A stretch of 64,000 nt of DNA, taken from assembly GCF_009914755.1 (NCBI RefSeq), contig NC_060925.1; one strand, 5' to 3'. This document shows, piece by piece, positions 45,991 through 60,812 of this stretch. The stretch is from the human T2T-CHM13v2.0 reference genome, Homo sapiens. Position 1 is the stretch's first letter, and every line of letters begins with the position of its first letter. The notes beneath the pieces were generated by a model that ran no database searches, had not been told where the DNA came from, and saw nothing but the letters and a program-made list of their open reading frames with translations. The position numbers were made by a program, and so were the translations under genes.

Positions 45991-46945
45991 CAAAAATGCA
46001 AGACTCGACCATATTCTGTCTATAGGAGATATATACTAGATTCAAAGATACAAACAAGTTCAAAAGAAAACAAACCAGTAATCATAAGAATGCTGCAGTG
46101 ACTATATTAATATCAAACAAAATACACTTTAAGACACACATATTACTAGAGACAAGGAGGAACATTTGATAATGAAAAGTAACACATTTCATAATGAAAA
46201 GCTAAATATGTAAAAAGGAGAGAGGGAAGAATTTTCTGAGCATTAAAGATCCAGAAGCAAGAGAGGTGCTTTCCTATTTGGTACTCCCGTCTCCAGCTGT
46301 TCATATCACATTCCCAACTCCTATCAGCACAACCCATGGCAGCATCCTATAAATCTCATCTTACCCCGAACATTCAATGTCTTCAAATTCCTATGCCTTT
46401 GAACATACCCTTGCACTATCCATAACACTGACCTCAATATTTGCATCAGAAACTCCCACTCATCCCTCCAGTTTCAGCTTATCACCAAACCCTTCTCTGA
46501 ATACTTCACCGAAGCTTGCAAATACCTACAATAAAGCTCTCATTGCTCTCCAACTATCATTTGAATTTCCCTCCAGACTTTCATCCTTTTTTTTTCCAGT
46601 TTGCAGCATCAGGTTCTATCACAAAACATGACACATAATAGGCATTCGGTAAATGCTTGCTAAATGAAGGATAAACGAACAAATGAACAATTGAACACAT
46701 GTAGGAAGGACCAAGGTTGGTGAAAATGGGAGTTGAAGATTTTTTTCACAACTCATATCAGAGGAATTAAAATAGAATGACCAGGAAACATGAAACGCAT
46801 GAAAGAATTACTTTAGGCAATAATAACAATAATAACCAACATGAGAGGAGCACTCACTATGTGTCAGGTACTGTGCTAAGTATTTCACATATATCAATTA
46901 TTTCAATCCTCATAATAACTCCATTATGAAGGACTACTTTTGAGG

Positions 46946-47228
46946 GGGTTTTTAGACACAAGATCTCACTGTCTTGCCCAGGCTGGAGTGCAGTGTGGCT
47001 CACTGCAGTCTCAATCTCCTGTGCTCAAGCGATCCTCCCAGGTTCACCTCCCGAATAGCTGGGACTACAAGAACACACCACCACATCCAGCTAATTATTA
47101 AATTTTTTGTAGAGATGTGGTCTCACTCTGTTGCCCAGGCTGGCCTTGAACTCCAGGCCTCAAGTCATCCTCCCACCTCCACCTTCAAAAGTGCTGGGAT
47201 TATAGGTGTGAGCCCACCATGCCTGGCC
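46946..47228 (-). mobile_element. AluJ
   Basis: Antisense diverged dimer. Confidence 0.85.
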
Positions 47229-47269
47229 TTGAAGGTACTAGTTTTTAGAGATGGTTCAACAGCAAAAAA

Positions 47270-47770
47270 AAAAGAAAAAGAAAAAGAAAAAAAAAAACTC
47301 AATTAGAATAAAGAAACATTTCACTAAAAGAAGATACACAAATAGTCAATAAGCATATAGAAACATGTTCAACATCATTAATCATTATGGAAATAGAAAT
47401 CAAAACCACAAAGACAGGCGACTTCAAACACACTAGAAGGCTGTAGTTTAAAAAATAGAGAATACAGGTGTTGACAAAAATGAGAAGAAAGATCCCTCAT
47501 ACTTACTGGTGGGAAAGTAAAATGGTTTATCACTTAGGAAACAACCTGGTAGTCCCACAAATCGTTAAATACTGAGTAATTATACAATCCATATAATGAG
47601 TACAAGTTTTATTTTAGAAAGAAGGAAAATGTTCTAAAATAGGTAATGGCTAAACAACTCTGAGACTATGTTAAAAAAAATACACAGAACTATACAATTT
47701 AAATGAGTGAAGTATATGAGATGTGAATTATATCTCAATGAAGTTCTTTTTTTAAAAAACTAACTTAAAA
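47270..47770 (+). mobile_element. Old L1M 3' fragments
   Basis: catttcactaaaagaagatatac...tcaaaaccaca ORF2-end motif and tgtgaattatatctcaat 3' motif. Confidence 0.65.
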
Positions 47771-48024
47771 AATGTTTAAGCTTGACCATTATAATCCAGT
47801 TACTCAGTGACAGAACCAGAGGCTGCCTGATCCCGTGTTCAGGATTCCTACATACATCACAAAATCACTAAGAGAAGCATCACAATTAGCTCATTTTCAA
47901 AAAGGACTTCATCTATTTCTCTCAACCAAAGCAATACATTCTAACATAAGCACTTTGTGTACTGATGTAATATTTCTCAAAAAGTTAAACAGCATGAGAA
48001 ATTTATAATATTAGATAAAATTAC

Positions 48025-48340
48025 AGGCTAGGCATAGAATTGCCTAGTGGCTCATACCTATAATCTTGGCACTTTGGGAGGCCAAAGTAGGAGGACTGTT
48101 TGAACCCAGGAGTTTGGGACCAGCCTGAGCAACATAGCGTGACCCCCATCTCTAAAAAAAAAAAAAAAAAAAAAAAAATTTAATTAGCCAGGCATGCTGG
48201 CAGGCACCTGTTATCCCAGCTACTTGGGAGGCTGAGGTAGGAGGACTGCTTGACCCTGGGAAGTGAGGCTGCCGTGTGCCAAGATCGCGCCACTGCACTC
48301 CGGCCTGTGCAAGAGAGCAAGACCCTGTCTTTATAAAAAA
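48025..48340 (+). mobile_element. AluJ
   Basis: Diverged dimer with a long A linker. Confidence 0.85.
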
Positions 48341-49113
48341 ATCTAAAAACAATTGTCTTATTTCTAACTCTGAACTACTTTCTATGCTTTGGTGACATCT
48401 ATGGTGAAAATTGAAAACTAGCATTAACAGCTAGAAAGAAGCAAAGGATTTTTCCACATGAATTCCATCTTTCTTAGCTTTGCTTTTATTTCACAGAAAC
48501 AGAAAATAAAGAAAACCTAATCAGTTAAATTACTCCTCTCTGGTGTCACATCCTAATAAATAACTGTTATCCTTATGTCCTTCAAGAAAGAAATGATACT
48601 AGTAGGACAATCATGTATGTTTTCTGATTACTCTTATCAATAAGTACCTAAAATATTAGGCAAACTAACTCATATATAGCACAGCTATGTAGTATGTATA
48701 ACTGACAAAACCCAAGATCTCTAACACATTGGAATGTAAGCATTCATTTCCTTTAAGAATAGAATCCAAACAGCTGTTTCTCACCAATATACACTGTGAG
48801 AGAACTCCTGTGTACCTCCTTGCCATAACGAAAGGAAGTTTAACCCCACAGTACACAAACCTCACTGCACACACAAGATCCTGATGTCAGAACACCAATA
48901 CTGAGGGGCGTACAATGTAAACATACAGCAGGAACCTATGGCAGAGGCCGAACCTTAATCATTTCCACCAACCTTTGGAATTCTGCTTTGGATTTCACTG
49001 GAACACAGGCTTTTGACAGAGAAATCAGAATATTCGAAAACAAGAAATCACCAATATCAGGCTCTTAAGTCCTATTGTTGTAAAGACTGAACAATGAACA
49101 TAGCAGCAATCAA

Positions 49114-49580
49114 CTCCCAAACTTAGCTATGCTTTATTATATGAGAGCCTCCCGAACTCAGCTATGCTTTATGATATAAGAGAGGCTCCCGAACCTAGCT
49201 ATGCCTTATTATGTGAGAGGCTCCCAAACTTAGCTAAGCTTTATGATATTTGAGAGGCTCCTGAATTCAGCTATGTTTTATGAGATAAGAGAGCCTCCCG
49301 AACTCAGCTACTCTTTATTATATGAGAGGCTCCTGAACTCAGCTATGCTTTCTTATATAAGACAGACCCCCAAACGTAGCTATGCTTTATGATATGAGAG
49401 GCTCCCGAACTTAGCTACACTTTATTATATGAAAGGCTCCCGAACTCAGCTATACTTTATGATATGAGGCTCCCAAACTTAGCTATGCTTTATGATATAA
49501 GAGAGGCTCCTGAACTCAGCTACACTTTATGATATAAGAGAGGCTCCTGAACCTAGCTATGCTTTATGATATAAGAGAGG
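49114..49580. repeat. Minisatellite, 13 copies of a 33-37 bp unit (CTCCCGAACTCAGCTATGCTTTATGATATAAGAGAGG)
   Basis: Units enumerated by hand, mostly 35 or 37 bp. Confidence 0.95.
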
Positions 49581-50057
49581 CAATTCGGTCACTTGTTGGG
49601 TAGAACCTCCTGGGACAAGCAGTCAACAGCAAGAAAGCAATTCCTGCTCCCTCCATTTTAAAACAGAAGGCTCTATTTTTACCACTATCCCCAAGCAACC
49701 AAACCAGAACCAAATAGCATGGATCTTTTGGAACGAGGAAAGCTCTAAATGCCAAAGTCCAAGTGTAGAAATATATCTTAACATTTTGCTCCATCCTTCA
49801 AATGTTTCAATGAAATGTTTCAATGCTGTCTGAATAGCAACCTCAATACCAACATCTCTCATGCAGTCCAAGTGGAAATGTTCTGTTTCTTCTATTTTCC
49901 TTCAGCCTGAGACAAATTGATTCTTTTCAAAGAGTCATTTCAATCATCCTCACGGGTTCTCTTAAAATAGACAAGGCAAAACCACTGGCTGTTACGTGCC
50001 TCTCACAAGTTCCACCTTTTTCACAAGTGGACAATGTGCACTACTACTGCGAGTGGA

Positions 50058-50266
50058 CCCCCACGGTCAGACAGGGAAGAGGAACCCACCACAGTCAGAC
50101 AGGGAAGAGGAACCCACCATGGCTGGACAGGGAAGACGAACACACCACAGTCAGACAGGGAAGACGAACCCACCACAGTCAGACAGGGAAGAGGAACCCA
50201 CCATGGTCAGACAGGGAAGAGGAACCCACCACGGCTGGACAGGGAAGACGAACCCACCACTGTCAG
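50058..50266. repeat. Minisatellite, 28-bp unit (GACAGGGAAGAGGAACCCACCACAGTCA), about 7.5 copies
   Basis: gacaggg recurs every 28 bp from 50070 to 50238. Confidence 0.95.
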
Positions 50267-51009
50267 GGGAGAGGAGCCCGATCGCTGCCTCTATGCTCTG
50301 CCACCACCTAGTGAATAAGAACAAGAAAATCACATGGCAAGAGCCTGCAGACGTCAAGACACCTATGATAGACACCTAAGATGATAGGGTGGCTTTTAAA
50401 ACCTGATTTTAAGATTACAAGGTTAGCTAAATATCTGAGGTAGTTTACCAGGAAAAAGAAAAATGTTTAGAGGAAGAACTTGGTCAAGAGCCTTTATGAG
50501 AGTGAGGGTCACTATATCTCATCATGTAAGGGGCCTTAGGAACACACCCCAAATTATCGGACAGTCTAGAAAAATACTATTTACTTTAGGATGGAAGTAT
50601 GAGTTGCTCATATATAAATGACAGAAATAAATTAGCTTTTGCAAATTGGGCTTTATAGGTATACGTACATCAATATCCTACTGGTACATGTCTCCATTTT
50701 TCTTGATCCTATACTGTTTGGAAATTTTAGTGTTAGCTTCTCAGCTAGCTGATTATTCATTATCAAAGCTTTTTTGTTCCCAACGGCTCACTTACTAATT
50801 ATATATCAAACCACAAAGCTCTCGAAGTTTCTGCTCCCTCCTTAGCATCCTATCTGGACCATCAGACAGCTTCTGGATCAGAACTGGATATACATCATCA
50901 ACGCACACTGGACTAATTCAGGATAACTTTCCTAAGACCAAAGAACAAACTATTATGCAACATCGGTTTATTTTGATACTTAAGATAACCAGTGCTTTCA
51001 TATACTCAA

Positions 51010-51338
51010 TGATATGGTTTGGCTCTGTGTCCACACCCAAATTTCAAGCTGAATTATAATCCCCAGTGTTGAAGGAGGGCCTGGTGGGGCACGACTGAAT
51101 CATGGGGCACATTCCCCCTTGCTGTTCTTGTGACAGTACGTTCTCACGAGACCTGGTTGTTCTCCTGCCAGCCATGGTGAGATGTGCTTGCTTCCGCTTT
51201 GTCTTTCACTATGATTGTATGTTTCCCAAGGAAGCAGAAGACTGTATGGCCTACAGAATCATTAGCTGATGAAAGCTCTTTTCTTTATAAATTACCCAGT
51301 CTCCCATGTGTCTTTATAGCAGTGTGAGAACTAATACA
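51010..51338 (+). mobile_element. MSTA/MSTB MaLR solo LTR
   Basis: TGATATGGTTTGG...CTAATACA; perfect TSD CTCAA. Confidence 0.88.
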
Positions 51339-51499
51339 CTCAACAAGTACAAAAACTACGGCTTAACCACAGCAACAATATTTATTTACCAAGCATGGCT
51401 GAAGATACTAAAGGAGTGTGTCACTGTGATGTAGAATTTCTAGAGATTAGGAATCCTTAGGATGGGTATGCTCTTCGGAAAACTGTACCATCTCTTTGC

Positions 51500-51814
51500 C
51501 TGTTCATGGACCACTGTCAGTCTGTTGCCTGTTAGAAACCTGGCTGCACGACAGGAGGTGAGTAGCGGGCAAGCAGGCATTACCACCTGAGCTCCACCTC
51601 CTGTCAGATCAGCGGCAGCATTAGATTCTCATAGTAGCATAAACCCTGCTATGAACTGTGTGTGCGAGGGATCTAGGCTGCACACTCCTTATGAGAATCT
51701 AATAATAAATGTAATGTGCTTGAATCATCCCAAAGCCATCCCCTGTCCTCCAGTCTGTGGAAAAATGATCTTCCAAGAAACCAGTCCCTGGTGCCAAAAA
51801 GGTTGGGACTGCTG
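51500..51814. mobile_element. MER1 (hAT-Charlie)
   Basis: gtcagatcagcggcagcattagattctcatag...ccctggtgccaaaaaggttggg. Confidence 0.82.
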
Positions 51815-52024
51815 GTACATCATATATTAGCTCTGTGACCTTCTTAACTATTTCAGATGATACCTTTTGTGCTCTCGGTTGAAAAACCATCTCCGAAGAT
51901 AGGAGCTATTTTAACACAGCTATCCTAAATTCCTTACTTATCCATCATGGAAAAAAACAAATGTTTATTATTGCCAGGCCCTCAAGAAGTGAATGGTCTA
52001 GTAGGAAAAATATACCTAGACAGA

Positions 52025-52866
52025 TGTAGTCACCTGATGGGTTCTTCTTGCCTGCTGCACAGATAGAGCTGATTCAGAGACAACAGTATAAATGACAGCA
52101 GTGGAGAAAGAGGTTACAAACACAGAGCCAGCCAAGCAAAAGAACAGGAGTTTATTACTCAAATCAGCCTCCCCACAAGCTCGGGGACCAGGGCTTTTCA
52201 AGGATAATTCAGCAGGCAGGGGGACAGGGAATGGGGAATGCTGACTGGTTTGGGATGAAATCATAGGGGTGTAGAAAACAGGCCTTGTGTGTTGAGTCGG
52301 CCTCTGGGGTGGGGGCACAAGACTGGTTGAGTCATAAAAAAAAAAAAGCAAGAAAAGAAAAGAGGAGAGGGGAGGGGAGAAAGAACAACAACAACAACAA
52401 CAAGACTGGTTGAGTCCTGGGTCGTGGGTCTGGGTGGAATCCGTCAATCACTAGAATGCTAAAGTCTGAAAAACATCTCAAAAGACCAATCTTAGGCTCT
52501 ACAATAGAGACGTCATCTGTAGGAGCAATTGGAGAAGTTACAAATCTTGTGATCTCCGGAACAATGGCTGGTTATGGTCTAACTATCCCTACATCTCAGC
52601 AGAATTTCAGGCTCTTCCCATCATCCTAATCTCATCGGCTTTCATTAATTTTACAAAGGCAGCTTCAGTCCCTGAGCAAGAAGGGAGTTAATTTGAGGGA
52701 GGGACTGTTTTCATCCTTGCTCCAAGGTTAAACGACACACTCAATTCTTCCCGTGGTTAGTTTGGCCCACGCCCAGAAATGGGCAAGGACAGCCCGCCTG
52801 TGAGCTTAGAAGGCGGAGTCAGCCATGCTGGACTTCTCTGTCATAATCATTGCAAAGCTGGTTTCA
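52025..52866 (-). mobile_element. LTR8-family (LTR8A/B-like) ERV1 solo LTR
   Basis: Reverse strand begins TGAAACCAGCTTTGCAA; ttattactcaaatcagcctcccc motif; TSD caga/taga. Confidence 0.78.
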
Positions 52867-53352
52867 TAGATGAGAATCTATAATAAGGTATGGTAAAAGC
52901 TACCATAGAGAGATGTACAACATGCAGTGGTGATGACCTCTACTTGGGAATAGCTTCACAAATGAAATACTTAGAGTGGTTCTTAAAGGGCAAGGGTTAA
53001 ACCAGGCTGACAAGGAAAAGCATGTACAATGGTAAACAGTACATTCAGGGGACTGTAAATAGTATAGAGTGACTGAAGCACAGAGCACAAAGAGGGAGAC
53101 ACTGGGGCTCAGGTTAGTCAGATCAGCAGGAGCCAAAAGGAGGAGGAGACTGGAAGAGAAAAACTGAGAATGAGGTATGCACAATGGAGGAAGACAAACA
53201 GGTGAGAGCATTCACAGAACCCAAAGAAACAGAATTCAAGAACTAGTGATGAGTCTGACAAGAGCTATATAAAATAGACAGTATCAAACAACATCCAACA
53301 CCCAGCCCTCTTTCTACTATTAATAAAAAGACTGATTGCCCAGCGTAATTAG

Positions 53353-54061
<709 letters not shown>

Positions 54062-54809
54062 TCTCATTTTTAATAGATACTATTTTAAAAAGTACTGTGA
54101 AAAAGAAACAAAAATGAAAAAGACACATGCCTATCCTTAAGGAACTTATGTCCTACCAAACTATAAAGTAAGCCATACCATTTATGGATTTGTAGCAACA
54201 TGTCATCCTGTCAACTTTATTACTGAGGCTATGAGATGTATTAACATTGGCTTTCAAATTATTTGTATTAGCAAACATAAAATTCAAGCATAGAAATTGA
54301 GTCTGATCTAAAAATCAGCAAATTACAATTATGAATTTGTTATATTCTCACTGTATCCACATCCTCAAAACTCTGACATTAGCAAGCCATTAAACAAGAC
54401 CACTAAGATTACATTAATTTTATACTAAAGTTGTATGCTAAAATTTTCATCTTTCTCTGTTTCATCTTTCTCTGTTTTCCCAAAAGAAAAAAAAAGGTAA
54501 AGATCAAAAGTTATATATTTCAGATATATAATCCTAAAAAATGCTCCATTGCTAGGTGACTAATTTTAAGACACTGCCATCAGTTTAACAGGTCACTCGT
54601 TCATTTATTCATCTAACATTTATTTACCCACATACTGTGATAGGCAGTGAGGAATAAGCACAGAACAGAAACAGTGCCTGCCTTCACAAAGCTTAGTCTA
54701 GCAGGATAGTAACTTAAGACACTGAAACAGTATATTAAGTGCCTTTTACAAATATTCTTCGCAGCTACACCAGCTACTACTTGCATTTCAACATTTTATT
54801 TCAAAGCCA

Positions 54810-54950
54810 TTATTTATTTGTTTGTTTATTTTTTTTGAAATGGTGTCTTGTTAGGTTGCCCAGGCTGGTCTCAAACTCCTGGGCTCAAGCAGTCCTCCCG
54901 CCCGAGCCTCCCAAGTAACTGGGATTACCGGCACATGCCACTGTGTCTGG
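54810..54950 (-). mobile_element. Alu monomer (FLAM-like)
   Basis: Antisense monomer; TSD caaa(g/a)ccatt. Confidence 0.75.
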
Positions 54951-55629
54951 ATCCAAAACCATTTTTTTAAAATTATTTCAGTGTTAAGACAACTTTAAGA
55001 AACAATATTATGATTGGTATCGGTCATTAATTGTGCTATTTTATGACTTCAATCTTTTGATGCAGTATAGTTTCCTGGCCATTTCCAATAGAAAATTCCT
55101 TGCCCCTTTCAGGCTACTGTAGTTGAGATACAAGACTTGAGATATTTTTCTAAGAGAAAACAAAACAAACAAAGCAGCCAAGAGAAACAATATCAGCCAT
55201 GTAATAAAATACCCAATGTACTTTATTTCATTATCCTAGGCAAATAAAAAAAAAACCACTATGAATTATACAGTATACAAATATGTTTTCTTCGGAAAAC
55301 ACTGAAAAACAGATTCATGTGGAAAGAAATTACTTTATTCCTACCACTGTCTTTTTCAGACACACTCAAAATTCATAAAATTCACAAAATCTGAAGCTCA
55401 TAAATCAAAAGAAACTGTTCATACATCATGAACACTATACTAACTTTTTAAAAAGTATTCGAGGCAGCTGAACATCATCATAGTATCTTAAGACTCATAT
55501 TTCCTTAGATTAATTCAGTGATCACTTTCAAAGCAAAGCTTTTTATGAAAGCTAAAATAAAATTTCTAGGTAACCAAGGAGAGTCTTTCAAATGGAAAAA
55601 AGCTGATGATATTAAACTCTAAAAAATAA

Positions 55630-55749
55630 GGCCCAGGCATGGTGGCTCACACCTCTAAATCTCAGCACTTTGGGAGGCCAAGGCAGGAGTATCTCTTGAG
55701 CCCATGAGTTCAAGACCAGCCTGGGCAACACAGCAAGACCCCATCTCTA
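55630..55749 (+). mobile_element. Alu left monomer
   Basis: Monomer whose tail is interrupted by an antisense Alu. Confidence 0.8.
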
Positions 55750-55756
55750 TTTAAAC

Positions 55757-56048
55757 TTTTTTTTTTTTGAGACACAGTCTTGCTCTGTGGCCCAGGCTGG
55801 AGTGCAGTGGTGCAATCTCGGCTCACTGCAAACTCTGCCCCTCAGATTTAAGATATCCTCCTGCCTCAGCCTCCCAAGTAGCTGGATTACAAGCATGTGC
55901 CACCACACCTGGCTAATTTTTGTATTTTTAGTAGAGATAGGGTTTCACCATGTTGGCGAGGCTAGTCTTGAACTCCTGACCTCAGGTGATCTGCCCACCT
56001 CAGCCTCCCAAAGTGCTAGGATACAGGCATGAGCCACCATGCCCAGCC
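55757..56048 (-). mobile_element. AluSx-like
   Basis: Antisense dimer; TSD ttaaa(c/t)ttt. Confidence 0.87.
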
Positions 56049-56085
56049 TTAAATTTTTAAAAATAAAAAATAGAGTATGTAATAA

Positions 56086-56450
<365 letters not shown>

Positions 56451-56756
56451 TAAGATTGTTCATCCATAATACATTGTAGTCTGAAAGAAGAATAACCTCT
56501 CTAAACAGTACCTATTACCTTCATCCTCTCTTTTTCCAATATAATGGCAAAAGATAGAGTTGTGATATTTTTACTGTAATCACAGAAACATCAATTCAAC
56601 ATATATAGGATTAGCATATCACACATTTCAGCAAATATCAAAATACAGATGTTTCTTCATCCTGATGAACAAATTTATTATTAAACTTGCCAACTATTTT
56701 CCAAATTTATAAAAGACCATAATAAAATGTGAGGCAAAACTGTTCAAACCAGTTAA

Positions 56757-56995
<239 letters not shown>

Positions 56996-57801
56996 TGATA
57001 CCTCTGTGATTTCAGGGCACAAATCCCTCTATCCATCAAACTAAATAGAAGGGTTAGAGAGGTTAATCGAGACAGAGTGTCTGTAACAGACTTCTGCATT
57101 TCATTCTCCACTCAATATACTTCAAACATCACTGAACTATTTGTTATGTTCTTATGAATCAATGCTCCCTTCACAGTCAAGATAGAGGCTAGAAGCCACT
57201 GTGTGAAGTAATAAAGCTTACCTTTGCAAATCCTCATCAAGCTGATCTGATGATTAAGTCTATGTGAGGCTTCCTAAACAACTGAAGTGTAATCACAACT
57301 TTAATTAGAAGCTCAAATGGCACTGCTAAACACCTAAATAAAACATGAGCAAGTACAATAGCCACCTGCAACGAGCAATGCCATTTTCCAGCCTCCATTT
57401 ACTATAAAGAGATTTTTCTCTATTCAGCTGCACAATCACTTGGGCTACATGATCTCTGGCCTAGCAATAGCAGTCAATAATTTAAAATCATGAAAATAAA
57501 TTTTCAATCTATACTTAAGTTCTATTATGCACTGGTGGTAGTCAAAAATGTCACAGACTGAATAAAAATGAAGCTCACTCATTTGCTAGGCTGGCACCCC
57601 ATTCTACCCGAATTGTCCATTAAGAGTCACCATTAAAAACAAACAAAACTCATATGGCAAACTTCTGATAAACCAATTTACTCTATTTGTGGCTGATTAA
57701 GGGTGATCCTGGACTACATGGCTTTTTTAGTTCCTCCCTGACTAATGGAAAATTACTAGAAGAGTAAGGACTACACAGAACTAGTTGCATAAATTACAGT
57801 T

Positions 57802-58018
57802 GGCCAGGTGCAGTGGTTCAGCCTGTTATCCCAGAAATTTGGGAGGCCTTGGTAGGAGGACTGCTTTAGGCCAGGAGTTTGAGACCAGCCTGGGCAACAT
57901 AGTAAGGCCCTGTGTCTTAAAAAAAAAAAAAATTTAATTAGCCAGAAATGATGGCACATGCCTGTAGCCCCAAGTACTCGGGAAGTTGAGGCAAGAGGAT
58001 TGCTTGAGCCCAGGAGTT
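57802..58018 (+). mobile_element. AluJ, 3'-truncated
   Basis: Left arm, linker and partial right arm. Confidence 0.82.
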
Positions 58019-59489
58019 AAATCAGATGGCATTAGTGATGGTTGCACATACCAAGAAAAATATATCCCAGTTTCCTTCTTTACTCCCTGTTTTAAACATA
58101 TATCCTATCTTCCTAGTTCATCTCCTCTGGTCTCTCCTTCTATGAGATATGGATAATTTACTCCCTATCCTTGCTGCCTTCTAACAGTAGTATAAGAGAA
58201 GGTATAATCAGTGGTAAGAACATTTAACTAGGAAATAACCCAGAGGTCCACTGACAGAAAAACTGATAAAGTGTGGTCTATGCTATACCACAGAATATCA
58301 CAAAGTGGTGAAAATTAATAACTAATGCTATGTGCAATAACACATACATGCTGAAAATGTAATGCTGAGCATTTTTAAATTTCATAAGACTATATTCAGC
58401 AATGATACCATTTATAGGGCTCAAAAAACAAGAAATATATATCCGTGTTCAAGCACACATACATTTGTGACAAGCATAGAAAACATATACAAAGCATGTG
58501 AAACGTCTCAGATACCCTGATTCAAAGTCAAGGGTCTCACGGAAATTTATTCAGGTTTGGATGCACACCTGACTTGGCATGTATGCTGCTCTACATAGGA
58601 CACACCCAACACAACCAACCTAGTGTTGCTCTAAGGCCGCTAACCTTTAAAATAAATAAAGCCAGCCAGCATATCACCCTTCATTGACCTATCTTAAATT
58701 CGAATCACAATGATAGCTGTAAGTGGAAATTTTTTGCTTTTCGTTATAAAAGCTTTACACATACCCTGGTGGCCACCGCTGCTGAGGTCAGCAGCACCAC
58801 GGCAGCTGTGAAAGGTTAGCAGTTTTGTTTTTGTGTATTGAGGCCTTGGCTCAAGATCCCATCTGTGCTGACTTCAGACTGAAGGGAACACATTTCCTCC
58901 AGCCTGAAAACTGAAACATATGCCGCAATAATTAGAGCTTCCTTGAGTCAGCTCAGCTGAACCCAGGATGCTGAGACTGATAACCTGTGAGCACACTAGA
59001 AGACTTCACATACGGCACCCACCTGCTAGACAAAGACAGACATGAAGACATGGCCACGAGGCCTCCATATCCAAAAAGACAGAAGTCCCATCAGCTATAT
59101 GTATTATGTCTATATCTGCTTGCAGACTCCTGCTTCTGCTAAAAAGTACAGTGAGGAGTTTGCAAGTTAAAGAGACAGAACTAAGTCAACAAAACTGCAG
59201 CATTTAGAAAGCCCCTGCAAGCACTTGATCTCTGCGTCCTCTTTACTTGATCTCTGTGCCCTCTTTACTTGATCTAGACTTGTGCTCTCCAATACTGGCC
59301 ACATTTGGCTAGTTAATGAAAATTCAATAAAATTGAAAATCAACTTCCTCGGTCACATTAGCCACATTTCAAGTGATCAATAACCACATGTGACTACTGG
59401 CTGATTACCATATTGGACAGAGCAAGTATAAAACCTTTCTTTCATTACAGAAAGTGCTTTGGGCAGTCCTGACTTAGACACTAATCCAC

Positions 59490-60000
59490 TTTTTTACTCT
59501 TATTATATTGACTCATAATAATTGTAAACATTTATGAGGTACAGCATGATTCTTTTTTTAGACGGGATCTTACTTTGTCACTCAGGCTGAAGTGCAATAG
59601 TGCAATCACGGCTCACTACAACCTCAACCTCCCAGACTCAAGTCATCCTCCCACCTCAGCCTCCCAAGTAGCTGGGACTACAGGTGTGCACGACCACACC
59701 TGGCTAATTTTTATATTTTTTGCAGAGATGGGGTTTCAACATGTTGCCCAGGCTGGTCTCAAACTCCTGGACTCAAGTGATCTGCTCATTTCAGCCTCCC
59801 AAAGTTCTGGGATTACAGGGATGAGCCACCATGCCTGGCCATACAGTATGATATTTTTACACGTATACACAATGTGTAATGATCAAATCAGAGTAAAGTA
59901 GCATATCCACCACCTCAAACATTTATCATTTATTTGTGTTGGTAACACTCAAAATCTGCCTTTCTAGCTACTGGAAAATATACAATACGTTGTGGTTAAT
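59490..60000 (-). mobile_element. Short L1MA 3' end with a nested antisense AluJ (59552-59840)
   Basis: L1MA 3'UTR motifs; TSD tagacactaatccactttt on both sides; Alu TSD tacag(c/t)atgat. Confidence 0.82.
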
Positions 60001-60215
60001 AGACACTAATCCACTTTTAAAACAAAACCAAAACCGCCACCAGCATGCTGAACATCAAAATCCCAGAGCTAGCCAGAAAATGTCAAGGATTAGTCACCCA
60101 GCACAATTAATCTGAGATGGTCCACAGGCTTCCAGGGTTGAGGCTTCTCTTAAGTGGTGTCTTTATTTTATTTCATTGTTTACTGTCGCACAGCGATTAA
60201 AAGAATGGACTCTGA

Positions 60216-60542
<327 letters not shown>

Positions 60543-60566
60543 CTAGAATTAGACGGTTTGAGCCTG

Positions 60567-60674
60567 AATCGCTGCAACAGTCTGTTAATTATTCAAACTC
60601 TCTCATTCTCCTCTAGGTTAAATCGCTGCAACAGTCTGTTAATTATTCAAACTCTCTCATTCTCCTGTAGGTTA
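60567..60674. repeat. 54-bp tandem duplication (1 mismatch)
   Basis: aatcgctgcaacag...taggtta at 60567 and 60621. Confidence 0.95.
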
Positions 60675-60682
60675 AAATGGGA

Positions 60683-60812
60683 TTTTTTTTTTTTAAATAG
60701 AGACAGCGTTTTGCCATGTTGCCCAGGAGCTTGAACTCCCAGGCTCAAGCAATCTGCCTGCCTCAGCTTCCCAAAGCGCTGGGACTACAGGTGTGAGCCA
60801 CCGCGCCCAGCC
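60683..60812 (-). mobile_element. Alu monomer (FLAM-like)
   Basis: Antisense monomer; TSD aaaatggg. Confidence 0.78.
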
